Assembly: GCF_030848565.1 (NCBI RefSeq)
Contig: NZ_JAVDDV010000012.1
Coordinates: forward strand, 1-32,000
Direction of reading: 5' to 3'
Source of the DNA: Natronolimnohabitans sp. A-GB9
GTDB lineage: Archaea; Halobacteriota; Halobacteria; Halobacteriales; Natrialbaceae
Length of the DNA stretch: 32,000 nucleotides
Position numbers and translations under genes: made by a program. The notes beneath the pieces are model-generated. The model was not told the origin of the DNA. It saw only the letters and a list, made by a program, of their open reading frames with translations, and did no database searches. Of this stretch, positions 6,751 to 15,159 are shown piece by piece; position 1 is the first letter of the stretch; the number at the start of each line of letters is the position of its first letter.

Positions 6751-7968
6751 CTACGACTCCGTTCGCAGGTAGTCGACGACTGCGGTCGGCTCGCCCTCGA
6801 GGCCACCACCCTGTGCGAACGTCGGCCCGCCGCCGCCACCGCCACCGAACGTCGCCGTAACGTCGTCGACGACCTCGCTCGCGTCCGTCTCGCCGGTCGT
6901 ACCGACGACCACGAACGCGTTCTCGTTTCCGTTTCCACCGGTTAGTGCGACGACGTCGCCGACGTCGCCCGCGAGTTTCCGCACGCGATCCGAGACGTCG
7001 TTAGGTCCGATCCCGTCGACCGCGAGCTCGCCGACGACCCACTCCTGGCCGGCTTTCGAGACGGTGTCGTCGACCAGCGACTCGAGACGTGCCTCGAGCA
7101 GTTGCTCGCGCAGCGTCTCGAGTTCCGATTCGAGAGCCGCGTTCGCGTCGACGACGCTGCTCGCACGATCGGGAAGTGTTCCGACGTTCGTATCCAGTGC
7201 TCGAGCAGCGCGGGTCGCGGCCCGCCGTTCGTCGAGCCGTGCGCGAACGGCCGCCGGGCCGACCGCGTACTCGACGCGGACGAGTCCCGCACCCGGGTTC
7301 GACACCTCGAGGACGGTGACGGGACCGATCTCGATGGTGTTCTCGACGTGGGTGCCGCCGCAGGCGGCGATATCCCAGTCGTCGATCTCGACGAGACGGA
7401 CCGTTTCGGCCCCCTCGGTCCCACCGGTCTCGTTGAAGACGATCTCGTCGCGGTCCCGCGCCTGCGCCGCGTCCATCTCTCGCCAGGAGACGTCCCGCGA
7501 CTCCCAGACGACCTCGTCGACCAGCCGCTGGAGGGTGAGTTCGTTCACCTCGTCTGGGTCCCTGTCGGTCTCGAAGTCGAGTCGCACTTTCTCGGAATCG
7601 ATGCCGAAGCCGCCGTAGCCGTGTTCGTCGAACAGTTCGCGGCCGGCGCCGTACAGGACGTGACTGGCGGTGTGGGCTCGCATACAGTAGGTCCGGAACT
7701 CGTCGTCGATCGAGCCGGTGACGGTGTCGCCGGCCTCGAAATCGGGTTCCGCTTCGAGCGTGTGAACCGTCTCACCGTCCCGGCTTTGGACGTCGACGAC
7801 GTCGATGCCGCCGATCGTCCCGCGGTCGGCCGGCTGTCCGCCTCCCTCGGCGTAGAAGTACGTCTCCTCGAGTCGGACCTCGGTGTCGTCGATCGCCCGT
7901 ACTGTCGCCTCGAACTCCCTCAGGTACGGCTCCGCCGCTGCACGGTTGTCTGTCGTTTCGGACGCCAT
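6751..7968 (-). CDS. alaX: Alanyl-tRNA editing protein, AlaX-L type (AlaRS second-additional domain plus DHHA1-like C-terminal domain)
   Basis: Start at MASETTDN (ATG 7968-7966); upstream track codons are Arg/Cys-rich. Zinc motifs RAHTASHVL (HxxxH) and ACGGTHV (CxxxH). Gly-rich FGGGGGGGPTFAQGGG tail. A T-tract (ACTTTTCAA) follows the stop. Confidence 0.85.
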   Translation of the reverse strand: MASETTDNRAAAEPYLREFEATVRAIDDTEVRLEETYFYAEGGGQPADRGTIGGIDVVDVQSRDGETVHTLEAEPDFEAGDTVTGSIDDEFRTYCMRAHTASHVLYGAGRELFDEHGYGGFGIDSEKVRLDFETDRDPDEVNELTLQRLVDEVVWESRDVSWREMDAAQARDRDEIVFNETGGTEGAETVRLVEIDDWDIAACGGTHVENTIEIGPVTVLEVSNPGAGLVRVEYAVGPAAVRARLDERRAATRAARALDTNVGTLPDRASSVVDANAALESELETLREQLLEARLESLVDDTVSKAGQEWVVGELAVDGIGPNDVSDRVRKLAGDVGDVVALTGGNGNENAFVVVGTTGETDASEVVDDVTATFGGGGGGGPTFAQGGGLEGEPTAVVDYLRTES

Positions 7969-8018
7969 GGTCACGAGTGTCGGGTTACACCGTGATAAAC
8001 CGTGTGGGCTACCATCTC

Positions 8019-8041
8019 GGCGACAGATTAATACTGTCGCC
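8019..8041. promoter_or_regulatory. Palindromic promoter element GGCGACAG-ATTAATA-CTGTCGCC in the alaX/folCP divergent spacer
   Basis: 8-bp inverted repeats flank a palindromic TATA-like ATTAATA (8027-8033). The TATA is centred 28 nt upstream of the folCP ATG at 8058, consistent with a leaderless transcript. Confidence 0.45.
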
Positions 8042-8057
8042 CCGTGCCACGTTTGGT

Positions 8058-10466
8058 ATGGAGTATCACGAGTCGGTCGACTACCTCGAGTCGTTACAGC
8101 GGTGTCGACCCAAACTCGGCACGGAGACGACTGCTGCGTTGCTCTCACAACTCGATCGCCCACACGAGGACCTCGACTGTGTCCAGATTGCCGGCTCGAA
8201 CGGCAAGGGAAGTACCGCGTGTATGCTCGATCGGATTCTTCGTGATGCGGGCCTCGACGTCGGCCTCTATACGTCGCCGGACCTGAACGACCTCCGCGAA
8301 CGAATCAGAGTCAACGGTCGGAAGATCCCGAAACGACGGGTCCGAGAGTTCGTCGACGAGATAGACGACCACGTCGAACGGCTCCGCGAGGCCGACGACA
8401 CGCCGACGTACTTCGAAGTCCTCACGACCCTCGCTATGTCCCACTTCGCCGCCGAGGACGTCGACGTCGCCGTCCTCGAGGTCGGGATCGGCGGCCGGTA
8501 CGACGCCACGAGCGCCGTCGATCCGGTTGCCAGCGCCGTGACGAGCGTCACGCTAGAGCATACGGGCATCCTCGGTGAGACGATCGAGGAGATCGCCCGC
8601 GACAAAGCACAGGTCACGCCGGCCGACGCCCCGCTCGTGACCGGTGCCGACGGCGCGGCTCTCGAGGCGATCCGTTCGGAGACGGACGTGATCACCGTCG
8701 GGAGCGACGACGCGGACGTGATCGCTCGGGAACACGGGCTGGCGTCGCGGATCGAAAGCGACGTCTCGATTACGACGCCGGAGTGGTCACTCGAGACGAC
8801 GCTTCCGCTGCTTGGCCACCACCAGGCGACGAACGCCGGCGTCGCGGCGATGCTGGCTGAACAGGTCGCCGACGTCGATCCGGAGACGATCGCACGCGGC
8901 CTCCGGAAGGCTCACTGGCCGGGCCGGTTCGAGATCATGTCGACGGCGCCACTCGTGATTCTCGACGGCGCACACAACCCGGGCGCTTGCGAGACGCTTG
9001 CCGAACTCGTCGATCGGTACGCGTACGACGATCTCCACCTCGTCTTCGGGGCGATGACTGAGAAAGACCACCGGGGAATGGCCGCGGCGCTGCCGTCACC
9101 CGAGACGCTCTATCTCTGTGAACCGGCGGTCCCACGCGCCGAGAACGCCGACGCGCTCGCGACAGCGTTCGACGGTCACGCCGACCGGATCGACCGCGCT
9201 GGAACCGTCCTCGAGGCGACCGAACGGGCGCTCTCGGCGGCCGACGAGGACGACTGCGTGCTCGTCGCCGGCTCGCTGTACGCCGTCGCCGAAGCGCGCG
9301 ACCGCTGGACACGACTTCAGATCCCGAAACGTACGCCCACGCGCGAGCGGGCACAGGCCGCGTTTACGAGCGCAGACGTCTCGACCCGGACTGCCGAGAC
9401 CGCCGCCGAAGAGGCCGTCCACCGAACGATCAAGACGTACCTGCGCGCCCAGCAGGCCGACCGCCTCGAGCGGGTCTTCGAGTCGGTCGGTGGCACGTGT
9501 GTCCTCTCGGAGACCGACACTGCTGGCCGACGCGTCACGGCGGTCCTCTCGGGAACGTCCTCGCAGTTTCGGACGCTCATCGACTCGCTTGCCGACGACG
9601 AACTCGGGCTCGCTCACGTCTCGAGTCAGCTCCGTCGTGCCGTCGACACCGACGAGCGATCCGACGGATCGCCGTGGGACCGCGAGCCGGCGGTGATGGG
9701 CGTCCTGAACGTCACGCCCGATAGCTTCTCCGACGGCGGTGCCTACGATCGCGTCCCCGCAGCGGTCGAGCGCGCTCGCGAGATGGTCGCCGCCGGGGCC
9801 GATATCGTCGACGTCGGTGGCGAGAGCACTCGTCCCGGCGCCGATCCGGTGTCGGTCGCCGAGGAGATCGACCGCGTCGTTCCGGTGATCGAACGGATCG
9901 CGGATCTCGACGTCCCGATCTCGGTCGACACGCGGAAGGCGGCGGTCGCCGACGCAGCGCTCGAGGCCGGTGCCGACATCGTCAACGACGTCTCCGGCCT
10001 CGAGGATCCCGAGATGCGGTTCGTCGCGGCCGACCACGACGCCGTACTCGCGCTCACACACAGCCTCCAAACACCGGTCGATCCCGACCGGAGCGCGACG
10101 TACGACGACGTCGTCGAGGACGTGCTTCACGAGCTCTCGGAGACCGTCTTACTCGCGGAGCGTGCCGGTCTCGACCGCGACCGGATCGTCGTCGATCCCG
10201 GACTCGGATTCGGAACGGAGGCCGCCGACTCGTTCGAACTGGTCGCGAGACTCGAAGAGCTCCAGGCGCTTGGCTGTTCGGTCATGGTCGGCCACTCCCG
10301 GAAGTCGCTGTTCGAGGACGTCGGCTGTCGACTCGGAGAACGATTATCTCCAACGCTTGCGGTGACGACGATGGCGGCCGAACGCGGCGCCGACATCGTC
10401 AGGGTTCACGACGTGGCCGAAAACGCCGCAGCGATCCGGACGGTGCGGGCGACGATGGACCGATAG
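8058..10466 (+). CDS. folCP: Bifunctional folylpolyglutamate/dihydrofolate synthase (FolC) fused to dihydropteroate synthase (FolP)
   Basis: N-terminal Mur-ligase P-loop AGSNGKGST. C-terminal pterin-binding domain: MGVLNVTPDSFSDGG, DIVDVGGESTRPGA, VDPGLGFG. About 130 aa of linker domain between them. ATG at 8058 (MEYHESVDYLESL) preferred over the track start at 7977. Confidence 0.9.
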   Translation: MEYHESVDYLESLQRCRPKLGTETTAALLSQLDRPHEDLDCVQIAGSNGKGSTACMLDRILRDAGLDVGLYTSPDLNDLRERIRVNGRKIPKRRVREFVDEIDDHVERLREADDTPTYFEVLTTLAMSHFAAEDVDVAVLEVGIGGRYDATSAVDPVASAVTSVTLEHTGILGETIEEIARDKAQVTPADAPLVTGADGAALEAIRSETDVITVGSDDADVIAREHGLASRIESDVSITTPEWSLETTLPLLGHHQATNAGVAAMLAEQVADVDPETIARGLRKAHWPGRFEIMSTAPLVILDGAHNPGACETLAELVDRYAYDDLHLVFGAMTEKDHRGMAAALPSPETLYLCEPAVPRAENADALATAFDGHADRIDRAGTVLEATERALSAADEDDCVLVAGSLYAVAEARDRWTRLQIPKRTPTRERAQAAFTSADVSTRTAETAAEEAVHRTIKTYLRAQQADRLERVFESVGGTCVLSETDTAGRRVTAVLSGTSSQFRTLIDSLADDELGLAHVSSQLRRAVDTDERSDGSPWDREPAVMGVLNVTPDSFSDGGAYDRVPAAVERAREMVAAGADIVDVGGESTRPGADPVSVAEEIDRVVPVIERIADLDVPISVDTRKAAVADAALEAGADIVNDVSGLEDPEMRFVAADHDAVLALTHSLQTPVDPDRSATYDDVVEDVLHELSETVLLAERAGLDRDRIVVDPGLGFGTEAADSFELVARLEELQALGCSVMVGHSRKSLFEDVGCRLGERLSPTLAVTTMAAERGADIVRVHDVAENAAAIRTVRATMDR

Positions 10467-10484
10467 CGGCTGATCGGTCCCGTA

Positions 10485-12434
10485 TCAGGCGTCGACGGCG
10501 AACGAGGACGTCGAGACGGTCGGATAGCGCTCCTCGAGCTCCGCTGCCTCCTCGGGGAGGACGGCGGCGACGACGTGTTCGGCGTGGCGTTCGAAGAACT
10601 CCAGGAGTCCGCGGATCCGGTTCGCGTCGAGCATTTCGACGGCGTCGATGACGATCACCGGAAGCTCGTTTGCGACGTCGTGTGCGAGATAGCCAGCGAA
10701 GGCGACGACGAGCCCGATCACCTCGCGTTCGCTCTTGCTCAGGTTCTCGACGGTGTCCTCGTAGGCAGCGCCGTCCTCGCTCGAGCGAACGACGTGCAGT
10801 TCGAACTCGGTTGCGGACAGCGAGTCGTCGGCAGTCGTAAGCCGTTCGATCCAGACGCGCTCGATGTTCCGATACTCGAGCCTGTCGAGTACCCGCTGCA
10901 TCGATTCGTTGAACGTCGTGACCAGCTCGCGCTCGAGCGACTCGATCCGATCTCGCTGTTCGCGAAGCTGCGTGGCCACCGAATCGCGCTCGTCCTCGAG
11001 GTCGTCGCGTTTCGCGAGTTCGTCCTCGAGGTGTGCGATCTCGTCTTCGATGTCGCTCAGCTCGTTCTCGTGTTGTCCCCGCTCGTACTCGAGATCGCTC
11101 ACGTCGTTGTAGAGTTCGAGCAGTTCGTCGTCCCGTTCGTCGAGCTCCTCGGCGTCTGCCTGTAGCGAGTCGATCTCGTCGTCGAGCGACGCCGTACGCT
11201 CGCGGAGCTCGGCCAGTTTCGTTTCGCGGCGGTCGATCTCGTCCTCGATCGACGCTGCTTTCTCCGCGAGTCGCTCGCGCTCGTCGCGCTGGCGCTCGAG
11301 TCGTCGTTTCTCCTCCTCGAGTGACTGAATGCGATCGGTGAGCGTCTCACGCTGGGTGCGCTTTTCCTGGAGAATCTCCCGCACGACGCGAACTTGTTCG
11401 GCGATCTCCGCTCGTTCGACGGTGTTGCCACACGTCCAGCAGGTGATCGACCGTGACGACGGATCGAGTTCGGCGACGATCTCGTCCGATTTCATCTCCT
11501 CGGGGATCTCCTTCTCGTCGTCTAACAGCTGGTCGTTCATCTCGACGATCGGACTCAACGCGTTTATCGTGGTCGACAGCTGCTGTTTCTGGTGGTGGAG
11601 CTGCTCGATCTCTGCTTCGATCGCATCGACGTCTCCCGTTCCCGACGCGTCCGTCGACTCGAGTTCCTCGCGTCGCTCGCGGACGTCCTCGAGTTCGTCC
11701 TCGAGCGACCGGATCGCGTCCCGTTGGGTTTCGATCCGGTTGCGGACGGTCTCGCGCTTGGATCGCGTCTCCTTGAGTTGGTCGAAGACATCGTGTCCAC
11801 CCGTCTCCGCTGCCGTCTCTCGCTCGTCGATCGCCTCGCGTTTCTCCCGAAGCGAGGCCTCGATCTCCTCGATCTCGTCTCGGACCGTATTCGCACGCGT
11901 TCGCAGCGTCGGGAGTCGGTCTTCCATGCGGTCTACCTCCGCGAGGCGATCGTCGAGTTCGTCTTTTCGGGCTTTGAGTCGCTCGATCTCCGCTTCGATC
12001 GCGTCGGTATCAACGGGTCGCATCAACAGCTCGTAGAGATCCCCGTCCGTGAGGACGTTCCGCCGAATCGGATTCGTCTCGTCGAGGGCGACGAACAGCT
12101 CACAGAGGTCGGCGCGGTCGGAAACTCGATCCGCGTCGGTGACGACAGGCTCCCCGTTTCGGTTCTCGATCTCGAGGGCGTACTCGTCGTCGGCCGTTCG
12201 AAGCGTTACCGATCCGGACTCGGCGTCGCTTTTGATCGGCGGTGCGGGGCCGCCGAGTACGCCGGCCAGCCCGCGCAGAAACGACGACTTGTTCGACGCG
12301 TTCTCACCCGAGAGAAGCGTCACGCCCTCTGAAAGCGTCATTTCTCCCTCGGAGATGCCGCCGACGTTCCGAACGCTGACGTGTACCTCTCCCAACTCGC
12401 TTTTCGATTCCGGATCCGGACTATTTACTGACAT
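10485..12434 (-). CDS. Archaea-specific SMC-related coiled-coil protein (Sph3-like)
   Basis: 649 aa. N-terminal P-loop-like LLSGENASNKSS. About 450 aa of highly charged coiled coil with a central CWTCG (CxxC, hook-like). C-terminal head carries LSKSEREV and VIVIDAVEMLD. Lies immediately downstream of the rdfA-like gene. Confidence 0.75.
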   Translation of the reverse strand: MSVNSPDPESKSELGEVHVSVRNVGGISEGEMTLSEGVTLLSGENASNKSSFLRGLAGVLGGPAPPIKSDAESGSVTLRTADDEYALEIENRNGEPVVTDADRVSDRADLCELFVALDETNPIRRNVLTDGDLYELLMRPVDTDAIEAEIERLKARKDELDDRLAEVDRMEDRLPTLRTRANTVRDEIEEIEASLREKREAIDERETAAETGGHDVFDQLKETRSKRETVRNRIETQRDAIRSLEDELEDVRERREELESTDASGTGDVDAIEAEIEQLHHQKQQLSTTINALSPIVEMNDQLLDDEKEIPEEMKSDEIVAELDPSSRSITCWTCGNTVERAEIAEQVRVVREILQEKRTQRETLTDRIQSLEEEKRRLERQRDERERLAEKAASIEDEIDRRETKLAELRERTASLDDEIDSLQADAEELDERDDELLELYNDVSDLEYERGQHENELSDIEDEIAHLEDELAKRDDLEDERDSVATQLREQRDRIESLERELVTTFNESMQRVLDRLEYRNIERVWIERLTTADDSLSATEFELHVVRSSEDGAAYEDTVENLSKSEREVIGLVVAFAGYLAHDVANELPVIVIDAVEMLDANRIRGLLEFFERHAEHVVAAVLPEEAAELEERYPTVSTSSFAVDA

Positions 12435-12541
12435 GGATAGCTGAGACGCCGCTGGTCACTGATCGCTCAGTAGCGTATCTGACGTATTCAACCTTGTGCT
12501 GTCGTCGGTCTCGTGCGCTCTCGAGACCGTCCAGCCTCTCG

Positions 12542-13165
12542 TCATCGCTCGGTTTCGGAGTCGCTTGCTTGGTCGTCCTCCTGACACGAACAGCCCCCTC
12601 GGTCGACGAGCCGACCGAACGGATACTCCTCACCACACTCCGAACATGCGACGCGGAGGCTGAGTGTTACTTCCGGCGTTCCGATCGTCAGATGCCCGCT
12701 CGAGCGGAGCCGATCGATCGTTCGCTCCGTGATCGATTCGGTCCGGGAGAGGAGTTTGAACACGATGTTCTTCCCGTCTGTCGGCTCGAGTCCCGACTCC
12801 CGGTTCGTATCGACGTCCAGACAGTCGTTTAGATGCGTCCGGACGGTCTGATAGCTGACGAAATCGCTTTCGACCGCGTCCGGGTCGAGCCCGTGTCGCT
12901 CGAGTCGCGACTCGGCTTCGACTCTCGTTCCGGCGCTGACGTCGTCGTCGGTGAGGAGGTGATACAGGTTCTCGACTTCACCGTCTACGGTTTCGATTCC
13001 TGCCTCTGCCATCGCCGCTGCGAGTACCTGCCGATTGAAGAACTGCTCTAAGTCGCGGAGACTGGCACCTGCCTCCCGTCGCTCGAGAAGTTGCTCGTCG
13101 ATGGTCTCGAGGGCCCATCGCCGGGCGACTCGATCGATCTTGCAGTTTCCGTGCTCGTCCGTCAC
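12542..13165 (-). CDS. rdfA: Putative rod-determining factor RdfA-like protein (small acidic protein with C-terminal Cys cluster)
   Basis: 207-aa ORF with a GTG start. TTTATAA TATA box lies 28-34 nt upstream. C-terminal CSECG...CSC zinc-ribbon-like cluster. Assignment rests mainly on my recollection of the conserved rdfA-sph3 gene pair in Haloferax, not on an alignment. Confidence 0.5.
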   Translation of the reverse strand: MTDEHGNCKIDRVARRWALETIDEQLLERREAGASLRDLEQFFNRQVLAAAMAEAGIETVDGEVENLYHLLTDDDVSAGTRVEAESRLERHGLDPDAVESDFVSYQTVRTHLNDCLDVDTNRESGLEPTDGKNIVFKLLSRTESITERTIDRLRSSGHLTIGTPEVTLSLRVACSECGEEYPFGRLVDRGGCSCQEDDQASDSETER

Positions 13166-13192
13166 TGTACTCGTACGTGGGTGAACACACTA

Positions 13193-13199
13193 TTTATAA
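13193..13199 (-). promoter_or_regulatory. TATA box (TTATAAA on the minus strand) for the rdfA-like gene
   Basis: Plus strand reads TTTATAA at 13193-13199, centred about 30 nt upstream of the GTG at 13165. Confidence 0.4.
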
Positions 13200-13339
13200 C
13201 TGAACGGGAGCGACATCCACCGCCAGTGATCGAAACCCCAGTTGGGCTGGTATTTGAATGGGTGGAGTATTCCACGTCAATCGCCATCGGGGGTACGCAA
13301 CAATATTCGTTGTATGGATCGTCCCATGAACTCGGTAAC

Positions 13340-13399
13340 CGATACTGCCGGACAGCAGCCACGCGGCCGATCGGTGCATCGTGCTGTCCGGCAGTATGA
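13340..13399. repeat. Inverted pair of repeat-family half-copies forming a perfect 16-bp stem
   Basis: ATACTGCCGGACAGCA (13342-13357) and TGCTGTCCGGCAGTAT (13382-13397) are exact reverse complements separated by a 24-nt loop. The right arm ends in TGA. Confidence 0.85.
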
Positions 13400-13453
13400 T
13401 TCGACGTCACGTCGTTTCAGACGGGGCCGAGACGAACGAGGTGAGCGGCTCGC

Positions 13454-13864
13454 GTGAACTCGGGTGTCTTGTTCGGCGGGATCACGATGGTAACGTGGGG
13501 ATTGTGGGTCGTCGCTGCCACCTACGCCTCGGAGTCGATCGCTCCGGTGACGGCGGCAGCGATCTCGTATGCCGTCGCGACGGCCTTGACCGTCGGATAC
13601 GTAATCGTCTCCGGGGCGTCACTTGCCGTCACGCCGAAGGGAGGGGTGTTCGCCGTCGTCGCCGGCGTCTTCGCTGCCATCGGTCTCGTCGCGACGTACG
13701 TCGGATTATCGATCGGTTCGACTGCGACCGTGACGACCGTCGGCGCGCTTTACTTCGTCGTCGCAGCGCTTATCGGCATCACTATCCTCGGCGACCCGGT
13801 CTCACCGTCGAAAGTTGCCGGTATTATCCTCGCGGTCGTTGCGATCGCGCTCATTACGTACTGA
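13454..13864 (+). CDS. Half-size EamA/DMT-superfamily membrane protein (4 TM)
   Basis: 136 aa with four hydrophobic helices. EamA-like C-terminus: LGDPVSPSKVAGIILAVVAIALITY. GTG start at 13454 keeps TM1 intact (alternative ATG at 13487). A T-tract (ATCTTTTCCC) follows the stop. Confidence 0.7.
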   Translation: MNSGVLFGGITMVTWGLWVVAATYASESIAPVTAAAISYAVATALTVGYVIVSGASLAVTPKGGVFAVVAGVFAAIGLVATYVGLSIGSTATVTTVGALYFVVAALIGITILGDPVSPSKVAGIILAVVAIALITY

Positions 13865-13943
13865 GACAGATCTTTTCCCATCGGACTACTGATAGACAGC
13901 GATTCGGCTCACCACTCCTCGAGGACTGTCGTGCGACCGAGCG

Positions 13944-13969
13944 TTGCATAGTTCTGTCCGACAGTATGA
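13944..13969 (-). repeat. Half-copy of the repeat family, minus orientation
   Basis: The reverse complement TCATACTGTCGGACAGAACTATGCAA matches 409-434 at 23 of 26 positions. Confidence 0.75.
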
Positions 13970-14186
13970 GTGATTCGTCGCAGCTGCGACCTCTTCAGTG
14001 TACACCGTTATGGACGGTCGTACGGCCGGATAATTGGTAGCATCCCTTCGACCATACTCTTATAACGATCCCCGAGACAGTGTGTGACATGCTCATACGG
14101 TCGATCGAGACGGACCCAGCGGTGACACTCTGTTCCGGTGGGCGCGAACAGTCGTGGAAACGAGCACAACGGAGACCAGTACAGCG

Positions 14187-14843
14187 ATGTCGATAACGGT
14201 CAAAGCATACATCGAACACGACGAGCTCGCCCTCGTCCCGACGCTACGGCGCCTCGAGGATATCGAGATCGAAGTGATAACGCAAGCGAACACCGACCCG
14301 GACTCCGACGTCTTTCCGTTTCTCATCGAGTACGACGATCCCGACGAACTGGAGGCGTATCTCGACCGCGATCCGACTATCGACAGGTACGAACTCGTCG
14401 ACGCAAACGACGGGACGTTCATCTACTACATCGAACATCCGAACGGAACGCAGTTGTTGAGTCCCGTCGTCACGAGTGTCAACGGGTTCATGCTGCGTGC
14501 GGAGACCAGACGCCGCGGCTGGTTCGTCCAACTCCAGTTGCCGGGTCGAGATGCGCTCAATACGATCTGGGAGTACGCAGCGGAGTGTGACATGAACTTC
14601 GACATCATCGAGGTGTATGGGAACACGGATACCGGAACGAACGTCTCCTTCGGGCTGACTGACGAACAGGTCGAGGCACTCACGACGGCCTATCGATGTG
14701 GCTATTTCAACGAACCGCGGGACATGGCACTGAGCGACGTCGCCGACGAGATCGGTGTCTCCTCGACGGCGATGAGCGGTCGGCTTCGGCGTGGAATGCG
14801 AAACCTGATCTCCGCAGCGCTGATCGACGAGGACACCGAGTGA
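14187..14843 (+). CDS. Bat-type HTH_10 transcriptional regulator (bacterio-opsin activator-like DNA-binding protein)
   Basis: C-terminal LTDEQVEALTTAYRCGYFNEPRDMALSDVADEIGVSSTAMSGRLRRGMRNLI is the HTH_10 signature. ATG at 14187 (MSITVKAYIEH) preferred over the GTG at 14154. Confidence 0.85.
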   Translation: MSITVKAYIEHDELALVPTLRRLEDIEIEVITQANTDPDSDVFPFLIEYDDPDELEAYLDRDPTIDRYELVDANDGTFIYYIEHPNGTQLLSPVVTSVNGFMLRAETRRRGWFVQLQLPGRDALNTIWEYAAECDMNFDIIEVYGNTDTGTNVSFGLTDEQVEALTTAYRCGYFNEPRDMALSDVADEIGVSSTAMSGRLRRGMRNLISAALIDEDTE

Positions 14844-14890
14844 TGCGGCCTTCTGTCGTCACTGATACCGTCGGATAGCAGTCCGTATGA
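14841..14890 (+). repeat. Short composite copy of the repeat family (both terminal arms, no central hairpin), starting with the regulator's stop codon
   Basis: TGATGCGGCCTTCTGTCGTCAC + TGATACCGTCGGATAGCAGTCCGTATGA. The arms align to the left and right arms of 17421-17505. CGTTTTC follows. Confidence 0.7.
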
Positions 14891-14930
14891 GCCTCGTTTT
14901 CACCGATCGCCTCGAGCTGGCTCTCGAGGA

Positions 14931-15159
14931 AATCCAAATATAAACCATCAATTAGTTTGTCATCTATATATCCTTCCGTATTACGCTTTTAGAACGTGAA
15001 TAGCCTACTTCACTCTAATAATTAAAATCGTATTTACATTTATAATGTGTAGAACTGTCGTTTGACGGGTGAACTGAGTTCCCCGCCATATATCGGGTAC
15101 TTAAAGACAGGGAATATTACTCGTCAAACGTCATTTATGTGTGTGTCAATAGCAACCCT
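14931..15159. promoter_or_regulatory. AT-rich (about one-third GC) intergenic island with several TATA-like boxes and a 9-bp inverted repeat, upstream of HalOD1-aor
   Basis: Sharp composition drop relative to the flanks. Boxes TCTATATATCC, TTTATAATG, CCATATATC and ATTTATG (15133-15139, about 24 nt upstream of the ATG at 15160). CGTTTGACG (15059-15067) and CGTCAAACG (15122-15130) are inverted. Confidence 0.55.

Noticed and set aside
14089-14196. 35-aa ORF starting 27 nt downstream of the TCTTATAAC box and overlapping the HTH_10 start
   Set aside because: The spacing fits a leaderless start, but the peptide (MLIRSIETDPAVTLCSGGREQSWKRAQRRPVQRCR) is basic and featureless. The TATA box may instead drive a leadered HTH_10 mRNA. 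This is too speculative to list as a gene.
14931-15159. AT-rich island as a replication origin
   Set aside because: There are no repeated ORB-like elements and no adjacent orc1/cdc6 gene. The size and position fit a promoter region for HalOD1-aor better.
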